From contig CBDDUX010000003.1 of assembly GCA_965234725.1 (NCBI GenBank), positions 64,001 to 128,000 on the forward strand: a stretch of DNA of 64,000 nucleotides, in the 5' to 3' direction. This DNA comes from Thermoplasmatota archaeon (GTDB taxonomy: Archaea > Thermoplasmatota > Penumbrarchaeia > Penumbrarchaeales > Penumbrarchaeaceae). This document shows positions 1 to 13,932 of this stretch, in pieces (the first letter of the stretch is position 1; each line of letters opens with the position of its first letter). The notes below the pieces were generated by a model. That model did not search any database. It was given only the letters and a program-made list of their open reading frames with translations, and had not been told where the DNA came from. Made by a program: the position numbers and the translations under genes.

Positions 1-2394
1 ATTGTCAGTGACAGAGATATTCATCCAATCGGTAATGTTGATATTTCCGGACCTATCCATCGCCCTTATCCTAATTGTGATCGGTTCAATGGAATCCAGA
101 GGGATATCAAGGTCACCTACCCATGATCCATCATTGGATGTAAGGTTCAATGTGGTGTTTGCGCCTTCAAACTCAGCGATCACGGAATCCAATCCGGATG
201 CATCGAAGGCTGTACAATTGATCCTGTATGGGTCACCTGTAGTTGCGTTTAGGTCAGAGTTCATTATGATAGATGGAGCTACGATATCCACGGTGAGGTT
301 CATCTCAATTGGAAGATGGTTCCAGGCTGTGACTGTGACATTGAGTTTGTCAAAGTTTCCGGATGAATAATCAAAAAACACCTTACCACTGGCATCGGTG
401 AGACCGTAAGCATAATAATCGGATTTTTCCAGGCATACCAAAGCTCCTTTCAGCGGAGTATCGTTTGTTGAAAATACTGTGACGGGAAGAGCTGGATAAT
501 CGAATCCGATCGATCCAGGGATAGATACGTTCATTTCAATCGGTTCCATGGTCCTCACCTTGACCTCAGGATCACCAATGAGGTTCAGTACCATTTCAAC
601 CCATCTTATCGAGCCGTAGGATCCGGATGATGAGGTGAAGTACTCCTTACCTTCCGCAAAGTGCTCTGCCATTCTTGTGTGGTCGTTGTTGAAAAGCTCC
701 TGTACCATCTTATACTGGACCCTCTCAGAGGGACCGTAACCAGGACTACTATAGGAATACCAGCCGTAATGGCTGTTACCTATGCCCGCAACAGTTCCAC
801 CATCCGGTTCCATGACATGAAGCTCCACGATCGCATCGTTCTGGCTGAACTTATTTGCAATGCATCCCACTGTGTTAAGGACACCTAATTTGTATCCGCC
901 GCTGTAGGAAGGGATATTGGAATTATACATACTTCCTCCATTTGCGGTTCCGACGCTCATGACATTCCAGTTGCAGTGGCCAGCATGGAAGATCATGGAA
1001 GTGCCCTTATCGATCTGTCCCATGAAATTAACCCTATTCAGGTTCCCGAATTTCTGATACTGAGAATCGTAAAGGGAGGTAGCAACTATATTCGGAGGGA
1101 ACAGGTTGTTCTTCAGAAGGTCCATAGCCAAAGAAGAGTTTGTGGACGAATCCAGATATTCTCCGGCAAATGTGGCATTGTCGAGGTAACCTTTTGGTGG
1201 ATCTTTCTCATATGTGAGGGTCTTCAGGACGAAGGTATCAGCCTCATTCTCGGTCTGGACGGAAGCTCTACCCACATAGAGATCCGGTTTCATGTCAATA
1301 TTATCCTCCACCTCACCCCAGTAGCTGTCGTTATCGGCATTCCAGGTCCCATCCAGATCCGAGAAGTATAGATCACTGGGAACTGCGGTCTGTGTGACCC
1401 AGCCAGATGATCCGGAATATGCTTTTACGTATACTCCCCTGTAAGGAACAACTGAAGTATCCCCTCCAAGTAGAACGATCTCCGTATCCCATCTGTTCAT
1501 GGCATCGATGAGGAAGTTCCTCAGTTTTTCCGCTTTATCTGTCCCGTTGTAGTTGGAATTGATGAAGCTCATCTCGACAATCCTGGTCGGTACTCCTTTC
1601 CTGTTCTTCCATTCCACAAACCCATCAAAGGAATCTCCAATAATCCCGGTATCAGTGACCAGCACAAATTGGACATCGTCATCCTCAAGGACCGACATTG
1701 TGGTCTGGAAAGTCCTTACTGGGAATCTCTCAATGTCCTGGGGATTGAGGAGGTCGGCTTCCAAAGAGGACCTGAAGATCGACGTAGATCTCAGGGATGG
1801 TCTTGCCAATTCAAATCCCGGTTCATCATCTATTTCGAAAACGAGCTTTGCTTCGATAAAGGTAGCGATAGAAAGGTAGCCTGTGTCTTCCATTATTATT
1901 GGATCGAACCTAATATCAAGGATCCTCATCCCTCTTACCCACCCCTCTCCTTCAATTGACATATGCTGTTCTGGATATGATACCGCTTCTTCGATATCCG
2001 TTTCGCCATCACCTTCGATATGATCGAAAGGTGCTATCCCGGCCAGAGGAGCTGAGAGGGAGATTGTCTGGTATGTAATATGTGTGGTCTCGATCCTAAG
2101 ATCATTTGCAGCTGGATGGATGAGGACCTGATAGATCAAGAAAGGAATAGCTGCGGCACCCTGTTCGAAAGGGAGGGATGAATCCGGTGTCGTGATGATA
2201 GAGTAACCCTGTTTAAGGGTTAAGGAGATGGATGTAGGATCGAAACCGATCTGAAGGTCGATAGTTGTTAACTCCGGAGAATTGATATTATCTATTTGGT
2301 CATTGGATATGGAGGATCGACCCATAACCCCAATGGATGAGGATATGATGATTATAACGAAAATGGCTGATATGACCTTCGATCCTGCTTTCAC
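1..2394 (-). CDS. Secreted C25 (gingipain-like) cysteine peptidase with propeptide; 3' end runs off the window
   Basis: Not in the ORF track because it has no stop in the window. Manual translation from GTG at 2394 (AGGAGG RBS upstream) gives a signal peptide VKAGSKVISAIFVIIIISS, then the C25 motifs FVEWKNRKG, VLLGGD, PSDLYFSDLDG, PDLYVGR, HAGH (catalytic His), VGC (catalytic Cys) and NLIGDP. Confidence 0.85.
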   Translation of the reverse strand, partial: MKAGSKVISAIFVIIIISSSIGVMGRSSISNDQIDNINSPELTTIDLQIGFDPTSISLTLKQGYSIITTPDSSLPFEQGAAAIPFLIYQVLIHPAANDLRIETTHITYQTISLSAPLAGIAPFDHIEGDGETDIEEAVSYPEQHMSIEGEGWVRGMRILDIRFDPIIMEDTGYLSIATFIEAKLVFEIDDEPGFELARPSLRSTSIFRSSLEADLLNPQDIERFPVRTFQTTMSVLEDDDVQFVLVTDTGIIGDSFDGFVEWKNRKGVPTRIVEMSFINSNYNGTDKAEKLRNFLIDAMNRWDTEIVLLGGDTSVVPYRGVYVKAYSGSSGWVTQTAVPSDLYFSDLDGTWNADNDSYWGEVEDNIDMKPDLYVGRASVQTENEADTFVLKTLTYEKDPPKGYLDNATFAGEYLDSSTNSSLAMDLLKNNLFPPNIVATSLYDSQYQKFGNLNRVNFMGQIDKGTSMIFHAGHCNWNVMSVGTANGGSMYNSNIPSYSGGYKLGVLNTVGCIANKFSQNDAIVELHVMEPDGGTVAGIGNSHYGWYSYSSPGYGPSERVQYKMVQELFNNDHTRMAEHFAEGKEYFTSSSGSYGSIRWVEMVLNLIGDPEVKVRTMEPIEMNVSIPGSIGFDYPALPVTVFSTNDTPLKGALVCLEKSDYYAYGLTDASGKVFFDYSSGNFDKLNVTVTAWNHLPIEMNLTVDIVAPSIIMNSDLNATTGDPYRINCTAFDASGLDSVIAEFEGANTTLNLTSNDGSWVGDLDIPLDSIEPITIRIRAMDRSGNINITDWMNISVTDN

Positions 2395-2549
2395 CGGAGT
2401 TCCTCCTGGTCGTCGGAGAGGCTGTAGTCTGTCCAAGTAAAAATCGATGCCGGTTGGCTATATAACTTTCTGGTTCAGTTACAGAGGTATAGAATCAAGA
2501 ACATGTCAAGGATTTCTATAATCTATATCCCATTTACCTTGTGCTTTAC

Positions 2550-2801
2550 ATGGAAATTACTTGCTATCATGCCACATGGTGTCCTTTTTGCAGGGCTTTC
2601 ATTGGTCATTATCGGTCCTTGATTCCAGATGGAAGGGAAAAAGTTCTGGACAGTGAATCCGATCCTGCATGGGTAGAAATGGGGATCGAATACGTTCCAA
2701 CGGTAATAGAGAGTGAGAACGGTGTTGAAAGAAGGAGATTATCTGCCAGACCTGGTGTGGGGATCACAAAAGAGATGCTGGTGAAATGGATGGGTGAATG
2801 A
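2550..2801 (+). CDS. Small thioredoxin-fold protein
   Basis: ATWCPFC CxxC motif and IEYVPT cis-Pro motif; ATG at 2550 preferred over GTG at 2541. Confidence 0.8.
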   Translation: MEITCYHATWCPFCRAFIGHYRSLIPDGREKVLDSESDPAWVEMGIEYVPTVIESENGVERRRLSARPGVGITKEMLVKWMGE

Positions 2802-3512
2802 TCATTTCGTTAAGGCTTCCTTCTGGATCTCCATAAGTCGATGGATCCCTTTTTCTGCCAGGTCCAGTAGTTTATCGTGCTGTTCCCTTGAGAAGACATG
2901 TTCTTCACCGGATGCCTGGACCTCTATCAGATTCCCCTCATTGTCCATTACGACGTTCATATCTACCTCAGCTTCCGAATCTTCCTTGTAAGCAAGGTCT
3001 AGCTGTAATCTGCCTTTGACAACCCCCACGGAAACAGCAGAGATCTGCCGGAGGATAGGATCCTCGGAAAGGATCCCTTTTCTCATCAGATTGTCAACGG
3101 CAATCTTCAGGGCGACCCATGAACCAGTAATGGCAGCGGTCCTGGTCCCTCCGTCAGCTTGAAGAACGTCGCAATCCACCCAGAGTGTACGAGGTCCTAT
3201 AAGTGTCAGGTCCACGGCTGTTCGGAGCGTTCTTCCGATCAATCTCTCGATCTCCTGTGTCCTTCCCTTAGGTCCTTTCCTCTCTCTCTGAATCCTTGAA
3301 TTGCCTGAAGCAGGAAGCATATTGTATGTAGAGGTCAACCATCCATGGAGTGCGGTACCATCCCTCATTAGCCAAGGAGGAACACTATTTTCAACCATCA
3401 CCGTACATAGGACCTTGGTCCTTCCAAAGGATACGATCACGGAACCTATTGGGTTATCCAGGAAATTGGGGATGATCTCGATCTCTCTAAGCTGGTCGAG
3501 GTTTCTTGCCAA
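2802..3512 (-). CDS. rph: Ribonuclease PH, bacterial type
   Basis: GWLTSTYNMLP, RTQEIERLIGRTLR, CDVLQADGGTRTAAITG, LDLAYKEDSEAEVDMNVVM. Confidence 0.92.
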   Translation of the reverse strand: MARNLDQLREIEIIPNFLDNPIGSVIVSFGRTKVLCTVMVENSVPPWLMRDGTALHGWLTSTYNMLPASGNSRIQRERKGPKGRTQEIERLIGRTLRTAVDLTLIGPRTLWVDCDVLQADGGTRTAAITGSWVALKIAVDNLMRKGILSEDPILRQISAVSVGVVKGRLQLDLAYKEDSEAEVDMNVVMDNEGNLIEVQASGEEHVFSREQHDKLLDLAEKGIHRLMEIQKEALTK

Positions 3513-3564
3513 TCGATCACCGAATAGCCGTAAGGTAACTTTCGTTTAAAGACTTCCCCAATGG

Positions 3565-4854
3565 TCAGATCCCTTTTCTCTTATCGATGACCCTCTTAGC
3601 TTTTCCTTCGGTCCTGGGAAGTGCTCCCGGGGCAAGAAGTTCCACCCTTGCTCTGAGAGTCAATGATGCCTGTAACTTGTCAGAGACCTTTTTCTTGAGC
3701 TGATCCAGATCGATCTTATCCCAGAATTCCTCTTTCACTTCGACCTGGACATAGAGGTAATCCAGCTTGGTATGTTCAAGGATTATCTGGAACTGCTCTC
3801 CCAGTTCATCGATCCCAACAAGGATATCTTCAATTTGCGATGGGAATACATTTACTCCACCAACGATCAGCATGTCATCAGATCTTCCTTTCACCCTCAT
3901 GATCCTTGGATGCGACCTGCCGCATTTACACCTCTCCCAATTGATGACCGCAAGGTCCCTTGTCCGATATCTCAGCAGAGGCATGGCCTCTCTGGTGAGC
4001 ATTGTGAACACGATCTCACCCTTCTGTCCAGGAGGTAGTACCTCTCCCGTATCAGGATCGATGGTCTCCACCAGGAACTCATCCGCCCATATGTGAAGAC
4101 CGTCCTGTTCAGGACACTCAACGGCAACCCCAGGACCATAGAGCTCGGACATGCCGTAAAGGTCCTGGGCTTTGATATTTAGGTTCTTCTGGATATGCTG
4201 CCTTGCCTCTTCTGACCAGGGTTCGGCACCGTGCATGCCTATCTTGAGGTTGAGGTCCTTGGAGTCGATCCCTTCCTTCTTCAACTCCTCTATCAGGTAG
4301 ATCGCATAAGAAGGGGTGCAACAAAGGACGGTGGTCCTCATGTCCTTCATCATCTTGATCTGTCTAGCTGTGTTCCCAGTTGCTGTAGGCACTATCATTG
4401 TTCCAAGCCTTTCCGCACCCATGTGGAATCCAAGACCCCCTGTGAACAGACCATAGCCATATGCATTTTGTACAATATCCTCGGGAATGACACCAGCACA
4501 TGAATAACATCTTGCCATAAGATCGGACCATGTGTCAAGGTCCTGTCTTGTATAGGAGACCACAGTTGGTGTACCTGTTGTCCCGGAAGATGCGTGGATC
4601 CGGTTAAGGGTTTCAAGGGGAACGGCCAGTATCCCGTATGGGTAATGGTCCCTGAGATCATTTTTTACGGTGAAAGGTATCTTGGAGATATCGGAAAGTT
4701 CTTTGATATCCTCCGGTTTGAGTCCTAACTCATCGAACCTCTTTTTGTACATTGGAACGTTGTCATAAGCGTGCTTGACCTGTTTTTTCAATCTTTCCAA
4801 CTGCAGTTCTTTGATCTCTTTCTTCGACATCAACTGGATATCTTCCTGGTACAA
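3565..4854 (-). CDS. paaK: Phenylacetate-CoA ligase family
   Basis: HASSGTTGTP, YGYGLFTGGLG, GAEPWSEE, YGMSE, RYRTRD, GRSDDMLIVGGVNVFPSQIE. Confidence 0.9.
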   Translation of the reverse strand: MYQEDIQLMSKKEIKELQLERLKKQVKHAYDNVPMYKKRFDELGLKPEDIKELSDISKIPFTVKNDLRDHYPYGILAVPLETLNRIHASSGTTGTPTVVSYTRQDLDTWSDLMARCYSCAGVIPEDIVQNAYGYGLFTGGLGFHMGAERLGTMIVPTATGNTARQIKMMKDMRTTVLCCTPSYAIYLIEELKKEGIDSKDLNLKIGMHGAEPWSEEARQHIQKNLNIKAQDLYGMSELYGPGVAVECPEQDGLHIWADEFLVETIDPDTGEVLPPGQKGEIVFTMLTREAMPLLRYRTRDLAVINWERCKCGRSHPRIMRVKGRSDDMLIVGGVNVFPSQIEDILVGIDELGEQFQIILEHTKLDYLYVQVEVKEEFWDKIDLDQLKKKVSDKLQASLTLRARVELLAPGALPRTEGKAKRVIDKRKGI

Positions 4855-5126
4855 TTCAAGGCCCCCTTGTATTCATGATCTTCAAATATCCCATGACCAT
4901 GACCCTCTACCATGGAAGAAGGCCTTTTTCCGGGACAGATCTAAAGGTAAATCCTGTCTTTTCCTTTATTTTTTTCCTCTGGCTAAACTTGTCCTTTGGA
5001 AACATTATTAAGACATTCTGACGTTCCCGTGAAAGATTTCGGGGTTTCCGTCCAGTTTTGGGGTAAAAAAGACCTGTTTTTCTTTGAAACGAAGGACGCA
5101 ACAGAACGATCAGGATGTGACTGGAT

Positions 5127-6440
5127 ATGGCTTATGAGTTGAGATGGGGAAACCGGACATGGATCTATGCCCTTGCACTTGGCCTTGGGATCGGAATGGC
5201 AGTCCTGTTGTTGTTCAAGGATATGTTGGGTGAAATAGCATTCTGGAGTTATTATTCTCCCATGCTCGGTTATTATGTCCTCATATCCATTTGCCAGAGC
5301 CATTATTTCAGAAGGGAGCCGAAACCTGATATGGGAGGATTGTTCAGACAATTTGTTTCCATTTTTGGAGCCATAGTCATATTCTTTTTAAATCAGGCGG
5401 TCATGGAATCCATTTTTGTTGTTCCAGATGGTTTCATCATGGCGGGTCATTTCACATTCATTGTCTTTGGATTCTTCATTTACGGATTTGATGATTTCAT
5501 GTTCAAAGGAAAATTGCTAGGATGGATGAAGAATGATACGACCAAGGCATTTTTCTGGTATTTTTTCATATGGCTGATATGGGTAGTTCTTTTCTACAGT
5601 GATTTTGGCATATCAAAAGCCCATTCCAAGGACACCTGGGATGGATTGGCACAGAACAGGATGCTGGCAATAAGTCAATGGGCGATCATTATGTCCCTTC
5701 TCTATGCACTTCTGTTCAAGGATTGGCTTCCAGAACTTCAAAATAAATTAAGATTGAAGAATGATATCGTTTACGGTATCTTTCTCCTTCTTGCAGCTTT
5801 TATCATCGGGGGAGGTATCGCTTACCTGTTGTTTACAATGGCACCTTACATATCCCCGGAAGGGTATGACAGCCTGGTTGCGGATCCGGGTGTGAATGTC
5901 GACTCTGATATGTGGCATCATATCTTGTATATGGGAACTTTCCCATTGATACCTGCTATTCTGATAGGGGTCTATACCAAGAACTTCAACCACCTTCCTG
6001 GACCTGGCGAGAGGGTCATAAAGAGATTGATGATCTTCATACCCTCTGTCATAGTATTGTATTTCGCATATCACTGGTTGATAGCCCGGCCTGAAGTGTT
6101 CATCAATTACTTCTTTGATGATGCGGTTAAACCGGGATTAGGCCTTTTTGGAGAATCACATCATAACTGGTACCATCAACTGGACCTTTACTTCAACTTC
6201 ACTGTTTCCATTATTCCACTGACACATCATTGGTTCTGTGGAAGATATGGTTTCGTCAGGGAGGTTGACGATGAAGAACCTGAGAGTCCACCTCGGAGCA
6301 GGAGACCGGTAACAGTTGATGAGAGAAGGTCCAGGGAGAGGAGGGAAGTTATCTCTTCCGGAAGACCTGTAAGGGCTTCACCCAGGGAAAGGTTCCACTC
6401 TGAGAATGAACGGGACCTATCACGTCGCGAATGGCGATGA
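5127..6440 (+). CDS. Multi-pass membrane protein of unknown function with His-rich motifs and an Arg/Glu-rich C-terminal tail
   Basis: 437-aa ORF with roughly 9-10 hydrophobic segments; no family recognised. Confidence 0.7.
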   Translation: MAYELRWGNRTWIYALALGLGIGMAVLLLFKDMLGEIAFWSYYSPMLGYYVLISICQSHYFRREPKPDMGGLFRQFVSIFGAIVIFFLNQAVMESIFVVPDGFIMAGHFTFIVFGFFIYGFDDFMFKGKLLGWMKNDTTKAFFWYFFIWLIWVVLFYSDFGISKAHSKDTWDGLAQNRMLAISQWAIIMSLLYALLFKDWLPELQNKLRLKNDIVYGIFLLLAAFIIGGGIAYLLFTMAPYISPEGYDSLVADPGVNVDSDMWHHILYMGTFPLIPAILIGVYTKNFNHLPGPGERVIKRLMIFIPSVIVLYFAYHWLIARPEVFINYFFDDAVKPGLGLFGESHHNWYHQLDLYFNFTVSIIPLTHHWFCGRYGFVREVDDEEPESPPRSRRPVTVDERRSRERREVISSGRPVRASPRERFHSENERDLSRREWR

Positions 6441-6681
6441 ATAAGATTTGGGAAAGATATGTTATTACTTCCCACGAAGTGTTACCGAAAAGGCTTACAA
6501 GTCATTTTTAATGTACCTCGCCCTATGTCACAAAGGATTACAATAACTTACCATCATCTTATAAATGCTGAACAAATTTCGTAATACTGAGCAAGATTAT
6601 TAGTAATCATTTCCAGCAATACATTTTCACTGCCAATAATTTATATCATAACAGATTGTTCAGGAATCCGGTGGTCATTTC

Positions 6682-7965
6682 ATGGCACGACGGGGTATAA
6701 GGGAATACGATGCAAAGAGAGTATTTTACAGAATGATGCCTAAGTATACCGGTGAGAAGGTGACCTTCGATATCATGCCCATATTGGTGGGTCCGGATAC
6801 TGATTTAGATATGCTTGTGGATGACAATCCCTGGCTTGAGAACATCAGATTGGTTGTGAAACCCGATCAGCTTTTCGGAAAGAGGGGGAAATCCGGTCTG
6901 GTCCTCTTGAACTGTTCTTTCGATGAAGCAAAGAACTTCATCAAGCAGAAAATGGGTAAGAATGCCACTGTTGGAAAGGTAAAGGGTAGACTTGAATATT
7001 TTCTAGTGGAACCATTCCTTCCTCATGACCTTGAGTATTATATTGCAATGAAGATGGATGCTGATGGGGACCATATCTATTTTTCAACTCAGGGAGGAGT
7101 GGATATTGAATCTGTCTGGGAGACAGTAAAGGAGGTCACCATCGGACCCCTGGATGATCCAGAACTTGAAACTAAGGATCTTCTCAAGGATAATTCAGCC
7201 CAGGAAAAGAAATTACTTACTCCTTTTCTCAAGGGTATGTACAAATTCTTTGTTAACCATGATCTTGTCTATCTCGAGATAAATCCATTCACCATCGTTG
7301 ATAACAAGATCAAAGTTCTCGACATGGTTGCCAAGGTGGATGACACTTCCATGTGGCAGGATATTGGTACATGGGATTTCAAAGAGTTCCCGGAACCCTT
7401 CGGCAAGGACCCCACCCCTGAAGAAGCATACATCAAATCACTGGATGAGAAGACAGGAGCTTCCCTTAAATTGACGATCCTCAATCCGGAAGGCCGAGTA
7501 TGGACAATGGTAGCAGGTGGGGGAGCATCTGTTGTATATGCGGATACCATAGTGGATATGGGTTTTGGAAAAGAACTTTCCAATTATGGTGAATATTCAG
7601 GTAATCCATCCACCGAGGAGACATACCTTTATGCTAAAACGGTCCTCTCAATGATGACAAAAGAGCCCCATAAGACCGGAAAAGGCAAGATACTGATAAT
7701 CGGAGGAGGTATCGCAAATTTTACTGATGTCGCTAAGACATTCACGGGTATCATTCAAGCACTCCGTGAATATGCTGACCAGATGAAGGAGGTTGGGGTC
7801 AGGATCTATGTTCGAAGAGGCGGTCCCAATTACAAAGCCGGTCTGGAGAATATGAGAGAGGTTGGCTCAGAGATTGGTATACCCATCAAAGTGTTCGGTC
7901 CGGAAGTTCATATGACCTCAATTATTCCAATGGCTTTAAAAGATGAAGGAAAGGGGGTGAACTGA
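6682..7965 (+). CDS. aclB: ATP-citrate lyase, ATP-grasp/citrate-binding subunit
   Basis: KPDQLFGKRGK, MVAGGGASVVYAD, NYGEYSGNP, GGGIANFTDVAKTF, RRGGPNY. Confidence 0.93.
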   Translation: MARRGIREYDAKRVFYRMMPKYTGEKVTFDIMPILVGPDTDLDMLVDDNPWLENIRLVVKPDQLFGKRGKSGLVLLNCSFDEAKNFIKQKMGKNATVGKVKGRLEYFLVEPFLPHDLEYYIAMKMDADGDHIYFSTQGGVDIESVWETVKEVTIGPLDDPELETKDLLKDNSAQEKKLLTPFLKGMYKFFVNHDLVYLEINPFTIVDNKIKVLDMVAKVDDTSMWQDIGTWDFKEFPEPFGKDPTPEEAYIKSLDEKTGASLKLTILNPEGRVWTMVAGGGASVVYADTIVDMGFGKELSNYGEYSGNPSTEETYLYAKTVLSMMTKEPHKTGKGKILIIGGGIANFTDVAKTFTGIIQALREYADQMKEVGVRIYVRRGGPNYKAGLENMREVGSEIGIPIKVFGPEVHMTSIIPMALKDEGKGVN

Positions 7966-9803
7966 TGGAACCATACCTTCTTTTTTCAAGGGATTCAAAA
8001 GCAATAGTATACAATATGCAGACAAAGGCTGTTCAGAGAATGCTGGATTTCGATTACCTTTCAGGTAGGGAGAAACCTTCCGTAGCTGCTATAGTCAATC
8101 CGGGTAACTCCGGTACACATAAAGCTCACTGGGGAACCGGTGAGATACTAATACCCATTATGCCATCGATAAAGGCGGCTACCGATGTCAACAAGGAAAT
8201 CGATGTTGTGGTAAACTTCGCTTCGTTCAGGTCGGCCTACCAGAGCACAAAGGAAGCTTTGATGAACGAGCAGATCAGGGTAGTAGCCGTCATTGCAGAA
8301 GGTATCCCGGAGAGGAAGGCAAGGGAGCTTGCTTATCTGTCGAAGAAGCTTGATAAGGTAATAATTGGCCCTGCGACGGTTGGAGCGATCGGAGCCGGAG
8401 TCTTCAAGGTTGGTAATACTGGTGGAACACTTGAGAACATCAAAGAGCAGAAACTCTACAGAAGAGGTTCTGTGGGACTGGTGACAAAATCCGGAGGCCT
8501 TCTCAACGAGATGTTCAACATTGTTTCGCATAATACAGATGGGATATTCGAGGGAGTTGCCATCGGTGGTGATAAATATCCGGGTTCAAGTCTTATCGAT
8601 CATCTGTTAAGGTACGAAGCAAATCCAAAGATCAAGATGATGGTGGCTCTAGGAGAACTGGGTGGTGATGAAGAATACAAGGTCGTCGAAGCTGTTAAGA
8701 AGGGACTTCTCACCAAACCCATAGTATTCTGGGTGATGGGAACATGCTCCAAGATGTTCCCTTCGGGAGTTCAATTCGGACATGCCGGAGCGAAGGCCGG
8801 AGCGGAGACCGAGACAGCTGACGCAAAGAACAAGGCTCTGAAGAAGGCCAGAGTGATCGTTCCAAGTTCTTTTGATACCTTGGGTGATGAGATCGCAAGG
8901 ACCTTCATCAAACTCAAGGATGAGGGTAAGATAACACCCATCGAAGAACCGAAGCATATTCCATTGATTCCGGTGGATTATGCGGATGCCTTGAAGAAAG
9001 GAATGATCAGAAAACCCACATCCTTCATCACTACCGTTGCGGATGATCGGGGGGAGGAGGTCAATTACGGAGGATATCCAATATCCGAGATCGTCCATGA
9101 CGGTGGAACGGTTGGTGATGTCATAGGTCTCCTATGGTTCGGGAGAAAATTCCCAAAATGGGCTTCCAAGTTCATGGAGATGGCAATTATGGTAGTTGCT
9201 GACCATGGACCCGCCGTATCAGGAGCCCACAACGCCATCATAGCCTCCAGGGCCGGAAAAGACCTTGTCAGCTGTCTTGCTTCAGGTCTGCTTACTATAG
9301 GTCCCAGGTTCGGTGGAGCAATTGACGGTTGTGCCAATTTCATGAAGAATGCCTACTACAGTGATCTGGAACCAAGGGCTTTCGTCAAGGAAATGAAAGA
9401 TAAGAACATAAAGATACCAGGGATAGGTCACCGTGTCAAATCCCTGGAGAATCCGGATGGAAGGGTCACACTCCTGATCGAGTATGCCAGGAAGAATTTC
9501 CCTAAAACAGATATCCTGGATTATGCGATCGATGTCCAGGCTGTGACAACCCAGAAGAAATCCAATCTGATCCTCAACGTGGATGGTACCATTGGAGTTC
9601 TGATGGTGGATATGCTCACCAATGTGGGATTCTTCTCAAAGGAAGAGGTAGACCGGATCGTAGAGCTTGGATACCTCAACGGGATCTTTGTCCTTGGCAG
9701 GTCTATAGGTCTGATAGGACATGCACTGGACCAGAAGAGGCTCAATGAGAGATTGTACAGACATCCATGGGAGGACATCCTCTACATGGTTGAGAGGAAG
9801 TGA
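7965..9803 (+). CDS. aclA: ATP-citrate lyase, CoA-binding/phospho-His/citryl-CoA lyase subunit
   Basis: NFASFRSA, IIGPATVG, QFGHAGA (phospho-His), ADHGPAVSGAHN, PGIGHRVKS, LNVDG; TGATG stop/start overlap with aclB. Confidence 0.93.
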   Translation: MEPYLLFSRDSKAIVYNMQTKAVQRMLDFDYLSGREKPSVAAIVNPGNSGTHKAHWGTGEILIPIMPSIKAATDVNKEIDVVVNFASFRSAYQSTKEALMNEQIRVVAVIAEGIPERKARELAYLSKKLDKVIIGPATVGAIGAGVFKVGNTGGTLENIKEQKLYRRGSVGLVTKSGGLLNEMFNIVSHNTDGIFEGVAIGGDKYPGSSLIDHLLRYEANPKIKMMVALGELGGDEEYKVVEAVKKGLLTKPIVFWVMGTCSKMFPSGVQFGHAGAKAGAETETADAKNKALKKARVIVPSSFDTLGDEIARTFIKLKDEGKITPIEEPKHIPLIPVDYADALKKGMIRKPTSFITTVADDRGEEVNYGGYPISEIVHDGGTVGDVIGLLWFGRKFPKWASKFMEMAIMVVADHGPAVSGAHNAIIASRAGKDLVSCLASGLLTIGPRFGGAIDGCANFMKNAYYSDLEPRAFVKEMKDKNIKIPGIGHRVKSLENPDGRVTLLIEYARKNFPKTDILDYAIDVQAVTTQKKSNLILNVDGTIGVLMVDMLTNVGFFSKEEVDRIVELGYLNGIFVLGRSIGLIGHALDQKRLNERLYRHPWEDILYMVERK

Positions 9804-9817
9804 GTATCTGAAAATGA

Positions 9818-9855
9818 GGGGGTAGGCCATAAGATCCTACCCCCAATTATTTTTT
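9818..9855 (+). terminator. Hairpin plus T-tract terminator of aclBA
   Basis: GGGGGTAGG-N9-CCTACCCCC, a perfect 9-bp stem followed by AATTATTTTTTT. Confidence 0.7.
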
Positions 9856-9960
9856 GGTATATTCTAGAATTTTTACACATCAAGCTTCAATTAATGTATT
9901 ATTGAATATTGGGATCAGTATGGATTTTTCGATTTTTGAAATTCCAGGAAATAACTCATT

Positions 9961-9994
9961 CAAAATAGAAAAGAGGGCCTCAATTGAGACCCCC
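9961..9994 (-). terminator. Hairpin plus T-tract terminator of the acn-cit-idh operon
   Basis: Minus strand GGGGGTCTC-AATT-GAGGCCCTC (two G-U pairs) followed by TTTTCTATTTTG. Confidence 0.65.
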
Positions 9995-10014
9995 TATAAT
10001 ACAGATCTCGAAGA

Positions 10015-13931
<3,917 letters not shown>

Positions 13932-13932
13932 A

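Noticed and set aside
2-1959. Several plus-strand ORFs in the track
   Set aside because: Antisense shadows of the minus-strand C25 peptidase. The same applies to most short ORFs overlapping long genes across the window.
5018-5100. Possible c-di-AMP (ydaO) or ykkC riboswitch upstream of the membrane protein (CGGGG..., TTTTGGGGT)
   Set aside because: The 3' conserved elements are missing and the stems are short.
6489-6543. Direct repeat AAAGG(C/A)TTACAA upstream of aclB, also matching 43439-43450 on the minus strand
   Set aside because: Resembles generic BRE/TATA-like sequence seen elsewhere (e.g. near 18377 and 51678); not specific enough to call an operator.
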